A stretch of 64,000 bases of DNA from assembly GCA_037442745.1 (NCBI GenBank), contig JBBIPP010000003.1, positions 30,568 through 94,567 of the forward strand, written 5' to 3'. Position 1 is the stretch's first letter. Each line of letters starts with the position of its first letter. This document shows positions 43,826-53,804 of the stretch, one piece after another. Origin of the DNA: an archaeon. Lineage in GTDB: Archaea; SpSt-1190; DYHY01. The position numbers were made by a program, and so were the translations under genes. The notes under the pieces were generated by a model, which had not been told where the DNA came from, searched no databases, and saw only the letters and a program-made list of their open reading frames with translations.

Positions 43826-46800
43826 ATGGCTGATGAGATAAAACTCCCAGCATCCTCCAAAGGAATTAATTCCTATTTCAGGGCAATTGAGGAGGAAGTC
43901 AACAGGGAATATTCAATTGCGAAAAAGGCGAGGGAAGCCTGCCTTGACCCGACGAATAGAGTTGAAATTGCCCTGGCATCGGACGCGGCCGCCCGGGTAG
44001 AGGGGCTCTTGGCAACAATTTATCCGAGTTTCGAGAATTCAGGGCTTGCTGAGAGAATCCGGGAACTGGAGAAAAAATTCGGCAAGGGCTCGGAGAGAAT
44101 ATCTCTCCAGATTTCCCAGGACGTTTTCGAGGAGAGGTTCATAAAATTCCCGACAATTGAGGAAAGGATAGAGGCAGGAGTGAGGGTTGGAATGGGCCAC
44201 TTGACTCTGGGAATAGTCACCGCTCCTTTGGAAGGGATTACCAAAGTGATAACGAAACCCTCCAGGAGCGGGGGGAAATATGTTTCAATATATTTTTCTG
44301 GGCCAATAAGATCGGCTGGAGGGACTGCGGCTGCGTTCGCGGTTCTCATTGCCGACTTTTTGAGGAAAAAAGCTGGGTTCTCGGAATACGACCCTGACGA
44401 GAGCGAGCTTGAAAGATATGTGGCGGAAATCGACGACTATGACACCAGAATTGTCAATCTTCAATACAGAATCAAGGGGGACGAGGTCCGGTTCCTGGTG
44501 AGACATATTCCTGTCGAGATTTCCGGGGACCCGACTGAGGAGGACGAGGTAATTGCCTTCAAAGATTTGCCGAGAATTGAGACGAACAGGATCAGGGGAG
44601 GGATGTGCTTGGTTGTTTCCTCAATTGGGCAGAAATCCACGAAACTTATCAAGAGAATCAAGAGCTATGGGGAGGAATTCAACCTGACAAACTGGCTCTT
44701 CCTCGAGGAATACGAGGTTCTGAAGAAAAAGCTCAACTCAGTCGATTCCGAAAAAGTCCAGGCGGAAAAAAAAGCGGACGGACCAGAACAGAAACTTGTC
44801 CCGAATTTCGCTTTCATGGAGGACGTCCCGGGGGGAAGACCGATTTTTTCCTTTCCATCAACTCCCGGGGGCTTTCGCCTCCGTTATGGCAGGTCTAGGA
44901 ACACAGGATTCTCGACTGATGGCATCCATCCGGCAACAACCGCAGCCCTCTCAGACTTCATTGCAATAGGAACTCAGCTGAAAATAGAAAGACCGGGCAA
45001 GGGCTCTACCGCAGTCCCGGTCGATTCAATAGAACCTCCGACAATTCTATTGACCTCCGGGGAAGTTGTCCGAGTCGAGGACCCGAAAGTTGTAAGAGAA
45101 CTCCTGACATCCAAAAAAATCAAGGAAATCCTCTTTATCGGGGACATTCTTGTTTCCTATGGCGATTTTGTCTCTAACGGCCACAAGCTTGTTCCCGTCG
45201 GCTATACTGAGGAGGAGTGGATTGGAGAGCTCCGCAAGTCAATAGAATTGGGCGGATTCGTTCCTGAAACAGCTTCTCAGTTCATTGAAATCTCCACTTT
45301 GCGGTTCCTAGAAATCCTAGAAAGTCCCCGAAGCATTGCCTTCTCAGAGGCGGTCCAAATCGGAACGAAAATGAAGATCCCCCTCAATCCGAAATATATC
45401 TATTTCTATCACCGGGTTTCACCCGAGAACATCCGCTCCCTTGCCAAGGCAATAGCCGATTCAGGAAACAATCCCACTCTCAAAATAGAGAACAAACCAG
45501 AATTGAAAAGGCCCCTTGAATTGATGTGCTTTCCCCACAAGCTAGGCCCAGACGGGCGGATAACAGCGTCTGAAGAGGATGGCCGGGCGCTAATTTTCAC
45601 ATTCGGCTTGGAATCGGACAGGGACGCTATTTTCCAGGCTCCGGAAGAAGATGAGACTGCGCTTTCCCTGTTGAACAAGGTATCGAAGCTGAAAATCAAG
45701 GACAAGGGCGGGACATACATCGGGGCGCGAATGGGGAGGCCCGAAAAAGCCGAAAGAAGGCTTCTTGACGGACGCCCCCAAGTTCTTTTCCCAGTCGGCC
45801 AGGCAGGCGGAAGGTTGAGATCAGTCAACGAAGCAGCAAAAACAATTTACAATGCGCCCGTTGCATACAGGATCTGTTCAACCTGCGGGAAGAGGAACAT
45901 TTTCCTCAAATGCGCCTGCGGAGGGGAGACAACCCAGAAGAGGGTTTGCGCAATTTGCCAGAAAATAACCGACGAACCCGTTCATTGCAATGTTCCGACC
46001 GGGTTTTCGACAATGGCTGACATTAGCCTTGAAAAGCATATCAAAACAGCCGAAGCCAAGCTAAATGAGAGGGTTCCTTCCCTAATCAAAGGAGTCAGGG
46101 GGCTTTCAAGCAAATACAAGATTCCCGAAAGAATTGAAAAAGGAGTTCTCAGGGCGAAAAACAATCTGTTCGTCAATAAGGACGGGACAATAAGGTTTGA
46201 CTCTACAGACTTGCCACTGACACATTTCAAGCCAAAAGAAATTGGGACAAAGGTAGAAACCCTCCTGAAGCTAGGATATGACAAGGATGTTGACGGAAAA
46301 CCCCTTTCAAGCGATGATCAGATATTGGAACTAAAGCCCCAAGACATAATTCTCTCGGACTTTGAGGACACTAAAAGGCAGATAATGAGCGGGGCGGACT
46401 ATTTCGTCCGGATAGCTAACTATGTTGACGAGCTTTTGGTGAAATTCTACGGCCTTGAACCATATTACAACATATTGACAAAGGAGGATTTGGCCGGCCA
46501 TTTGGTAATAGGCCTTGCCCCCCACACCTCGGCAGGGATTGTCGGGAGATTAATCGGGTTTAACAAGGCAAGGGCTGGCTTTGCCCACCCAATGTTCCAT
46601 GCAGCGAAAAGAAGGGACTGCGATGGGGACGAGGATTCCGTCCTGTTGCTGATGGAAGCGCTCCTCGATTTCTCGCGGGAATTCCTTCCATCAACTAGAG
46701 GCTCCTCGACAATGGATGTTCCTCTGGTCTTGACAACAATCCTAGATCCGGCGGAGGTCGACGACCAAGTCCATGAGTTAGATATTGCGCGGGTTTACCC

Positions 46801-47380
46801 GACTGAACTATATGACAAATCCCGGGACTATCTTCCCCCCTCTTCCCTGGAAAAACCGATTGAGAGAATCAAGCACAGGCTAGGGAAAGAGGGCCAATAT
46901 GAGGGGATGTGGTATACCCACGAGACATCAAGCATATTGAACGGGACGTCAATAACAAGATACCGCTTCCTGGGAGCAATGGTCGAGAAGGTTACCGAGC
47001 AATTGGAACTGGCGGAGAGGGTGCTTGCAGTTAACGAGCACGACGTTGCCAACCTGGTTCTCTCAACGCACTTTATCCGTGACATCAAGGGGAATATGAG
47101 AACCTTCTGCCGGCAGTCCTTCCGGTGCATCAAATGCAACGCGAAATACAGAAGGGTCCCCCTTGCCGGGAAATGCATGAAATGCAAAGGAAAACTAGTC
47201 CTGACAGTCCACCAAGGGACGATTGAGAAATATCTCGAAGCCTCGAAGAAAATCTCCGAGAAATACAACGTTCCTCCGTATATGAAGCAAGAATTATTGA
47301 TTCTTCAGAAAAGGCTGTCCGCGATGTTTGGGAAGGAGAACCAGAAGGGGTTGGACGAGTTTTTTGGGAAGGTTTGTTGA
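43826..47380 (+). CDS. DNA polymerase II (PolD) large catalytic subunit DP2
   Basis: 1184 aa. Zn-binding CSTCGKRN...CACGG and CIKCNAKY...CMKCKG clusters. Canonical length, no intein. Confidence 0.9.
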   Translation: MADEIKLPASSKGINSYFRAIEEEVNREYSIAKKAREACLDPTNRVEIALASDAAARVEGLLATIYPSFENSGLAERIRELEKKFGKGSERISLQISQDVFEERFIKFPTIEERIEAGVRVGMGHLTLGIVTAPLEGITKVITKPSRSGGKYVSIYFSGPIRSAGGTAAAFAVLIADFLRKKAGFSEYDPDESELERYVAEIDDYDTRIVNLQYRIKGDEVRFLVRHIPVEISGDPTEEDEVIAFKDLPRIETNRIRGGMCLVVSSIGQKSTKLIKRIKSYGEEFNLTNWLFLEEYEVLKKKLNSVDSEKVQAEKKADGPEQKLVPNFAFMEDVPGGRPIFSFPSTPGGFRLRYGRSRNTGFSTDGIHPATTAALSDFIAIGTQLKIERPGKGSTAVPVDSIEPPTILLTSGEVVRVEDPKVVRELLTSKKIKEILFIGDILVSYGDFVSNGHKLVPVGYTEEEWIGELRKSIELGGFVPETASQFIEISTLRFLEILESPRSIAFSEAVQIGTKMKIPLNPKYIYFYHRVSPENIRSLAKAIADSGNNPTLKIENKPELKRPLELMCFPHKLGPDGRITASEEDGRALIFTFGLESDRDAIFQAPEEDETALSLLNKVSKLKIKDKGGTYIGARMGRPEKAERRLLDGRPQVLFPVGQAGGRLRSVNEAAKTIYNAPVAYRICSTCGKRNIFLKCACGGETTQKRVCAICQKITDEPVHCNVPTGFSTMADISLEKHIKTAEAKLNERVPSLIKGVRGLSSKYKIPERIEKGVLRAKNNLFVNKDGTIRFDSTDLPLTHFKPKEIGTKVETLLKLGYDKDVDGKPLSSDDQILELKPQDIILSDFEDTKRQIMSGADYFVRIANYVDELLVKFYGLEPYYNILTKEDLAGHLVIGLAPHTSAGIVGRLIGFNKARAGFAHPMFHAAKRRDCDGDEDSVLLLMEALLDFSREFLPSTRGSSTMDVPLVLTTILDPAEVDDQVHELDIARVYPTELYDKSRDYLPPSSLEKPIERIKHRLGKEGQYEGMWYTHETSSILNGTSITRYRFLGAMVEKVTEQLELAERVLAVNEHDVANLVLSTHFIRDIKGNMRTFCRQSFRCIKCNAKYRRVPLAGKCMKCKGKLVLTVHQGTIEKYLEASKKISEKYNVPPYMKQELLILQKRLSAMFGKENQKGLDEFFGKVC

Positions 47381-47819
47381 GAAGAAAGGAGTTTGACGCA
47401 AGCACGGAATTGCCCTGTCCTAAAGGGTCCGCCGAGGCAGAACAAGAAATAAAGGACAGCCAAACTTATTCTCTATGTTGTTTGCGTTTCCCGAAGGATT
47501 ACCCGGAGGAGACTATTTGAAATCAGCTTATCCCGACAAACCTTGTTTAGAGACGAATCCGCGGGGCGGGACAACCAATCTTGTAGAAAACCCGTTTCTT
47601 CAAGTCTCCAAACAGGGCAAAAATCCATTCAAAAGATACAAAAGATAAACCCCTATTTGGCCAGAGTTTTTGATTAGAATAACGGAAAATCACAGAAACG
47701 CGTTTAAAAAACGAATAATTAGGCGTATTGGTGTTGGACGAATATTTCAATAATGCGTTTGCTTCCAAAATAGCGCCGGTTGTCGGGCGCTCAAGCAAGC
47801 CAACTATCCTGAACGCGAT

Positions 47820-48330
47820 TTGTTCCCAATAAAGTATTTAGATAAAACAAGGCTCAAAAGTCTCGTGGATTATTTTTCGAAATCAAAATGTTTGGGCTTC
47901 TCCAAATTGAAAGAAGAAAATATTTACCACGCAAAAAGCCTCCCGGGCTACGACAGGGCGACAGAATTCATTGACAGGCATTTTTCCGATGAGAAAATAA
48001 CGGCACATCCCTTGGGAAATTGAACCAGACAGGAAACACAGCGTCCCACACCGGTCGATTTTCATTCCGGAAACCGGAGAATTTGTCTGCGTTGCGGTCT
48101 TCGGCCTTATGACCTAAAACAAATCTGCAAAATAGGCTTTCGCCACAAACCCAAGTTCTGGGGACAGATCCTCGCATCCGAAGAAGCAAGGCGCATAATT
48201 GAATATGCATTCGCCTCTCCGAAAGCAAAAGAGCAATTTTCAGGAACAGTCCGAAAAACGACAAATCCCGGAACTCGCCGAAAAACCTTGTATTTGAATT
48301 CACCCAAGAAGAATTCCACAAGCAAACTAG
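47820..48330 (+). pseudogene. possible disrupted GNAT (RimI/RimJ-like) N-acetyltransferase remnants across at least 3 frames
   Basis: Fragments KYLDKTRLKSLVDYF..., GEFVCVAVFGLM and WGQILASEEARRIIEYAF (compare GNAT W.GkGyatEA...l.yaF) lie in different frames and are separated by stops. Confidence 0.3.
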
Positions 48331-48413
48331 GCCAACGCATTCTTCACGTATCCAGAAAAACACCGAATTCCAAGAAATTTTATTTTGTCAGTCAAACAGC
48401 TCCTCCAAGAAAC

Positions 48414-49241
48414 TCAAGCAGGATTCTTCTCAAAGAGCCTCGCCCCCTTCGCCAAAGCCAGAGCAGAAAAAATCAGCGCGTTCACAATAACAACCGTTCC
48501 CGATGCCGCGAAATCGAACCTATATGCGACAACAAGCCCACAGATTACCGAGAAAATGGCAATCCCCGCAGAGAAAAAGAGCGTCTTTTTGAAACTGGTC
48601 TTTAGCTGAAGAGCTGAGCTTGCCGGGAGTATTATCAGGGCAGATGCCAGAAGAATGCCGACAACCTTCATTGAAATTACAATCGTCGCGGCAGTGAGAA
48701 GGACAAGAAGGGTGTTCAATGCTCCGACCTTTATCCCGCCAACCTTTGCCGACTCTTCGCTGAACGTCAGGTAGAAAAAGTCCCAATAGAACAGGAGAAG
48801 GATTGCCATTACGGCAGTCGCAAGGGCAACAGAGATTGCCATTTCGGACGCTTTTATCGCAAGAATGCTCCCGAAAAGATAGCTCATTATGTCAACATTC
48901 AGACCGTTCGCTGCGCTGGCAATGAAAATTCCTATCCCAAGGCTTACGTGGCTCACAAGCCCAATTGCATTGTCGCTTTGGAGGCCGGCAGAATCCTTCA
49001 GCTTCAATATCCCAAGAGCCCCCAGAAAGGCGAATAGAAGAGCGGAAACGACCGGATTTATTCCGAACAAAATCCCTGCCGCGACCCCCCCGAAAGATAT
49101 GTGCGCGAGGCCGTCCCCTATCATCGAATACTTGCGAAGGACGAGGAAGGTTCCTAGAAACGAGCAGGCAATTGCAACGAAAATCCCCGTCACAAAAGCC
49201 CTCTGCATGAAAGGATAAGAGAGCATTTCAATAAACATCAT
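48414..49241 (-). CDS. metal (Zn/Mn-type) ABC transporter permease, ABC-3/ZnuB family
   Basis: 275 aa, about 8 TM helices. MMFIEMLSYPFMQRAFVTGIFVA is a typical ZnuB/TroCD start. Confidence 0.8.
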   Translation of the reverse strand: MMFIEMLSYPFMQRAFVTGIFVAIACSFLGTFLVLRKYSMIGDGLAHISFGGVAAGILFGINPVVSALLFAFLGALGILKLKDSAGLQSDNAIGLVSHVSLGIGIFIASAANGLNVDIMSYLFGSILAIKASEMAISVALATAVMAILLLFYWDFFYLTFSEESAKVGGIKVGALNTLLVLLTAATIVISMKVVGILLASALIILPASSALQLKTSFKKTLFFSAGIAIFSVICGLVVAYRFDFAASGTVVIVNALIFSALALAKGARLFEKNPA

Positions 49242-50005
49242 TCCCCCTCCCCCTGAACAGACCTGTCAAGGCACAAGGCGTGCTGGTGCATCTGCTTGTC
49301 GTGCCCCTTGTCGCGGGCGCAAAACTCCGAGTGCGTCCCGTAGAATTCCATCCTCTGGTTGAGATATGCTATTTTGTTGACATGCCCGGTTATCTTTCCC
49401 GTATCGTGCGTGACTAGGACTATTGTGAGTCCCCTTTTATTGAGGGACCCGAGAAGGGAGTAAAAGCTCTTTTGGGTTGCCGGGTCTATTCCAGTTGTCG
49501 GCTCGTCAAGAAAAAGAAGCTCTGGGGAATAGACGAGCGCCTTTGCTATCATTACCCTCTGTTGCTGGCCTCCCGAGAGCTCGCCTATCCTGCTCCCGGC
49601 ACGCTTTTCCATACCAACAAGCTTCAGCGCCCTGATTATCAGCTTCTCATCGCCCTTGGCGAAGGATTTCGGGAACTTTTTTGCGGGAACAAGGCCGGTA
49701 AAGACAATCTCCCTCACAGTTGCAGGAAAGGAAGGGTCTATTGCGGTCGCTTTTTGCGGGACATATCCTATCCGCGACCAATCCGAAAAGGAATCCAGGG
49801 GCTCCCCGAAAAGAAGTATTTTCCCTCTGGAAGGGGGGATTATTCCCAAGAGGAGCTTTAGCAAAGTCGTCTTTCCGGACCCGTTCGGCCCTATTAGCCC
49901 GACGAAATCCCTCTTGAGGATTTCAAAGGAAACATCAGAGATTGCTGAGCTGTTCCCATATCCGAAAGACAGGCCAATTGCCTCAATTATTTTTCTTTTA
50001 GACAT
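49238..50005 (-). CDS. metal ABC transporter ATP-binding protein (ZnuC-like)
   Basis: Walker A GPNGSGKTTLLK, signature LSGGQQQR, Walker B LLFLDEPT. Confidence 0.85.
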   Translation of the reverse strand: MSKRKIIEAIGLSFGYGNSSAISDVSFEILKRDFVGLIGPNGSGKTTLLKLLLGIIPPSRGKILLFGEPLDSFSDWSRIGYVPQKATAIDPSFPATVREIVFTGLVPAKKFPKSFAKGDEKLIIRALKLVGMEKRAGSRIGELSGGQQQRVMIAKALVYSPELLFLDEPTTGIDPATQKSFYSLLGSLNKRGLTIVLVTHDTGKITGHVNKIAYLNQRMEFYGTHSEFCARDKGHDKQMHQHALCLDRSVQGEGE

Positions 50006-50012
50006 TCAATAC

Positions 50013-51425
50013 TCATTCGCAATTCAAGGCAGTCTTAAGGCTTTCCAAATTTCTTTCCATTAGGGAAACAAAAGTAGCCCCGCTCTCGAGTTCCGATTTC
50101 ATCAGGTTGTGTCCCGGGTTGAAAACCAGAATCTTCGCTCCTGTCTCCTCAGCAATTGCCCCGGCAAGCCGTGGGCTAACCAACTCCTCGAAGAGTATAT
50201 GAGAGGCTCCGCTTTCCCTCATCTCGTCAACAAGCTCTTTCATTTTTCCGGGAGTTGGTTCGCTATCAGGCGATATCCCGTAAGCTGAATGAAAAGTCAG
50301 GTTGTATTTGTTCGCAAGATAGGCATATGCGTTGTGCCCTCCGGTAATGAACGTCCTTGTCTTGCATCCGGAAAGGCTCTCTGAATATTTCTCGTCAAGT
50401 GCCCTTAGGGCTTGGGAATATTCCTCTGCCCGCCAAGCGTAGTATGAGGCGCCCTCTTTGTCGACTTTTGAGAGCTCTTCCGCAAAGGCAATTGCAAGGC
50501 TCGCATAGTTTTCAAAGTCGAGCCAGAAATGCGGGTCATATTCCCCGTGATGGTGGCGATGCCTTTCTGCGGTTTCAGGCTCAGTCACTGTCGGCTCGAC
50601 ATCGTTATTACCAGAATCCTTGAAGAAGTGTTCCTTTCCCTCGAACTCTGTCGGCATGTGCTCTGTGAAGAAAGCGTAATTGCCGTCCTTTTCAATTACA
50701 ACGGGGAACTTTGTTTCGTCTTTTGAGCCGTCAAATTGCAGGAGATATGCAGTTTCTTTCGGCGCAAGAGCCTCACCACCCGCCATTTCTAAGGGCTCAG
50801 AAGCAATCAGCTCTTCCGCCCTCGCTTTGGCAGATTTCAGGTCGTCCGATTCCAATATCACCATTTTCATTGCAGGGTCTGCGTAATTTCCATCCACTTT
50901 TGAAAAGGACAATTCATATGTTCCTGCCTTGAGCCCAAAAAGCCCCGCCCATTCAAAGGAATGCCTTTCCACCTCCGCCGCTTTATGCTCGTGTGAATGC
51001 CATTCTTCTCTCTCGGCCGATTTCAAAAGACTCACTTTTGAGCTAGCGTCAACAAGCAAAAGCTTTCGGTTGCCCGCCCCTTCGACAATATCGTGCGCCC
51101 AGGGCTCCATTCCGGCCCCTACATAGAAGAACACATCGGCCTTGTTTATTTCAACTATGTCCGAGGGCTTTGGTTCGAAAGTATGGGGCTCGGCTCCCGG
51201 AGGGAGGAGAAGAGAGACGGAAACCCTCTCGCCGCCAACCTGCCTCCCAAGTTCATAGAGCGGAAAGAGCGTTGCCACAATCCGGGGCTTCTCCTCTTCC
51301 CCCCTTTTCGAGCCTTCAGGAAAGGGAGCCGATGCCTGCCAGGCGAAAATGCCCGCTGAAAGAACAACCAAAACGGCAACTAGAAAGACCAAGGTTCCTT
51401 TTCTCATTCCAACCCGGCGATGCAC
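50013..51425 (-). CDS. metal ABC transporter substrate-binding protein (ZnuA/TroA cluster-9-like) with His/Glu-rich insertions
   Basis: 470 aa. Signal/TM N-terminus, RIVATLFPLYEL start of TroA-like SBPs, and His-rich loops (EWHSHEHK, ERHRHHHGEYDPHFWLD). Confidence 0.75.
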   Translation of the reverse strand: MHRRVGMRKGTLVFLVAVLVVLSAGIFAWQASAPFPEGSKRGEEEKPRIVATLFPLYELGRQVGGERVSVSLLLPPGAEPHTFEPKPSDIVEINKADVFFYVGAGMEPWAHDIVEGAGNRKLLLVDASSKVSLLKSAEREEWHSHEHKAAEVERHSFEWAGLFGLKAGTYELSFSKVDGNYADPAMKMVILESDDLKSAKARAEELIASEPLEMAGGEALAPKETAYLLQFDGSKDETKFPVVIEKDGNYAFFTEHMPTEFEGKEHFFKDSGNNDVEPTVTEPETAERHRHHHGEYDPHFWLDFENYASLAIAFAEELSKVDKEGASYYAWRAEEYSQALRALDEKYSESLSGCKTRTFITGGHNAYAYLANKYNLTFHSAYGISPDSEPTPGKMKELVDEMRESGASHILFEELVSPRLAGAIAEETGAKILVFNPGHNLMKSELESGATFVSLMERNLESLKTALNCE

Positions 51426-51881
51426 GTATTTAAAATGCTATTGATTACCATTATCAACAAAGCGACGAAATCAAGAAAAACTCGCCAAAAGGCATCAACC
51501 TCCCACAATATAGGGAATCTGGAATGGCTCTTCTCCGCCGACCTATTTGAAAAGGCTTCGAGAAAGGACAAGAGCATTGTGATTGCGACAGTCTATCGTT
51601 TCTCAGTGATTCTTCTTCCTTCTTCCTTCTTCCAGCGAAAGCAGTTTCTCACAGGAAACGACCATTATTGCCAAGACAGTGACTATTGCCAAAGCAATTG
51701 GAATTCCGACAGCGGCAATTTCCCCACGGCAACATGTTCCAATGTCAAGGTGAGAGTCCCTCCCAAAGCGCTATTTCGTTGAACTGTCTTGTATGAAGTC
51801 TTTCCCGAAACCTCTTTCGGAAAACCGTTGTTGCAAGGGCGCCCGCAGTCGGTGCGCTATAGCACGCCAGTTTTTCCCCTT

Positions 51882-52862
51882 TCACATTCCCAAAACATAT
51901 GCGAAAATCAACGGAGCGACAATTGTGGCGTCTGATTCTATAATGAACCTTGGGGTTGTCTTCCCAAGCTTCCCCCACGTTATCTTCTCGTTCGGGACAG
52001 CCCCCGAGTAAGAACCATAGCTTGTTGTGGAATCGCTTATCTGGCAGAAATATCCCCAATATGGAACGTCAACCTTCATGTCCTGCTTAAGGAGGGGAAC
52101 GACGCAAATCGGGAAATCCCCGGCAATCCCCCCGCCTATCTGGAAGAACCCGATCTCCGAGCCCTTTGTCTCCTTTGTGTACCAATTGACAAGTTCCTTC
52201 ATGTAGAAGAGCCCGCTTTTCACAATGTTCATGTCCTTTATTTTCCCAATAAGGTTGTTTGCGACGAAAATGTTCCCGTTTGTAGAGTCCTCCCATCCCG
52301 GGACGAAGAGAGGAAGCCCCCTCTCGGCAGCTGCGAGAAGCCAGGAATCTTTCGGGTCTATCTGGTATTCCCCTACCAATTTCCCTGACAGCAAAAGACG
52401 ATAGAAATACTCGTGTGGGAGGAGGGGCTCGCCCTTTTTCTCCTGCTCCTGCCAGAGAGCAAGGAGATGTTTCTCAATCTTCCTGAAAGCGACATCCTCA
52501 GGAATGCAAGTGTCAGTGACCCTGTTATAGCCCTCCTCGTATAGGGCTTCCTCGTCCTCGTCAGAGAGGTTCCTGTAGTTTGGCAACCTTTTGTAATGCT
52601 TGTTCGCTATCAGGTTGTAGACATCCTCTTCAAGGTTCGCGGCAGTGCAGGTTATTGCATGGACCTTGCCTTGCCGTATCATCTCTGCCAAGGTTTTCCC
52701 AAGCTCAGCAGTGCTCATTGCGCCTGCAAGAGTCACCATCATTTTCCCCCCCAGTTCAAGATGTTTTCCGTAAGCCTCCGAAGCGTCAACAACAACCGCA
52801 GAGTTGAAATGCCTGAAATTGGTTTTCATAAAGTTTCCTACAGGTCCTAGCATATTTCGCAA
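51882..52862 (-). CDS. dys: deoxyhypusine synthase
   Basis: 326 aa. TLAGAMSTAELGKTLAEMIRQGKVHAITCTAANLEED and GGGIAGDFP motifs. Confidence 0.85.
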   Translation of the reverse strand: MRNMLGPVGNFMKTNFRHFNSAVVVDASEAYGKHLELGGKMMVTLAGAMSTAELGKTLAEMIRQGKVHAITCTAANLEEDVYNLIANKHYKRLPNYRNLSDEDEEALYEEGYNRVTDTCIPEDVAFRKIEKHLLALWQEQEKKGEPLLPHEYFYRLLLSGKLVGEYQIDPKDSWLLAAAERGLPLFVPGWEDSTNGNIFVANNLIGKIKDMNIVKSGLFYMKELVNWYTKETKGSEIGFFQIGGGIAGDFPICVVPLLKQDMKVDVPYWGYFCQISDSTTSYGSYSGAVPNEKITWGKLGKTTPRFIIESDATIVAPLIFAYVLGM

Positions 52863-52949
52863 GAGTGCCCAACAACTCCTAAATAAATATTACCCGGAAG
52901 AAAATCGTGCTACAATAATTATAAAAGCGGAGGAAAGTGGCACGATGGG

Positions 52950-53342
52950 ATGGCGCGCATTGCCAGGTTCGGCGTGAGCTTCGACAGGAAGCTTCTCAGG
53001 CTGTTCGATTCATTTGTCCGCGCGAAAGGATACAAGAACAGATCGGAGGCTCTCAGGGATCTTGCGAGGGAGAAACTGCGAAAAGAAGGGGGCAAGGAGC
53101 GGCGAGGCATAGTGAATGTTCTCTTCAACCCGTGCCTTGAGAAGGGAAAGGGGTCAGTAGGCTCAATTGAGACAGGATACAACTGCCTGATAGAGGGAAT
53201 AACCCGCAAATATATTGACAGGAACCTCTGTAGCGACATTATCCATTTCTCAGGGGAGGCGAAGATTGTTGAGAAAATGTCTCAAAGAATAAGGGAAGCT
53301 CCCTCGGTAAGGGGATTTAGAATCGAATTTTTCAAGAAATGA
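52950..53342 (+). CDS. ribbon-helix-helix transcriptional regulator with C-terminal ACT-like domain (NikR-like architecture, canonical Ni-site residues not evident)
   Basis: RFGVSFDRKLLRLFDSFVRAKGYKNRSEALRDLAREKL is RHH. 130 aa. Confidence 0.5.
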   Translation: MARIARFGVSFDRKLLRLFDSFVRAKGYKNRSEALRDLAREKLRKEGGKERRGIVNVLFNPCLEKGKGSVGSIETGYNCLIEGITRKYIDRNLCSDIIHFSGEAKIVEKMSQRIREAPSVRGFRIEFFKK

Positions 53343-53804
53343 AAAACGACCTGCATTGACTTTCCTCCTCTTCTCTAGGGCTTTTTCGGTCTTACAAGCA
53401 AAGGCGACCAATGACCAATAATGTCGCGCCTAGAATAGCCCACCAAACAATATCGGCAACAACAATCCGAATATACCCGCCCCGAGCCAAAAGCCGAACC
53501 AATCCAATCACTGAATACAGGCCGACAGGAACATTGAGCGGAACTCCGAGAATTACTTCCTTGCGATAAAGAATTTTTCAGGACAAATCAAAAGCCCTCA
53601 GAAAAGCCGGATTCCCGGGAGAAATCAGCCCCAAATCATTCGAAGCCGACAACCCTTCACGAATCCCGCATCTGAGAAGAAACTGCCCGGACTATCCCCA
53701 AAAAGCGGAAAAAGCGAAATTCCGGAGAGTGAAAAACCTTTCCAGAATTGATGCCGACGGAATGTGGCAGGTCAGGGACAGGATAAAAGCCAGGGTCAGC
53801 TAAA

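Noticed and set aside
43826-47380. Intein in PolD large subunit (or in RtcB, Cdc6)
   Set aside because: Protein lengths are canonical (1184, 506 and 401 aa) with no inserted Hint/endonuclease-like block interrupting conserved motifs.
51420-51782. Plus-strand ORF 51420..51782 (120 aa) upstream of znuA
   Set aside because: No recognisable domain and AT-rich promoter-like DNA. More likely the divergent promoter region of the znu operon. Only the short minus-strand TM frame was kept as a low-interest note.
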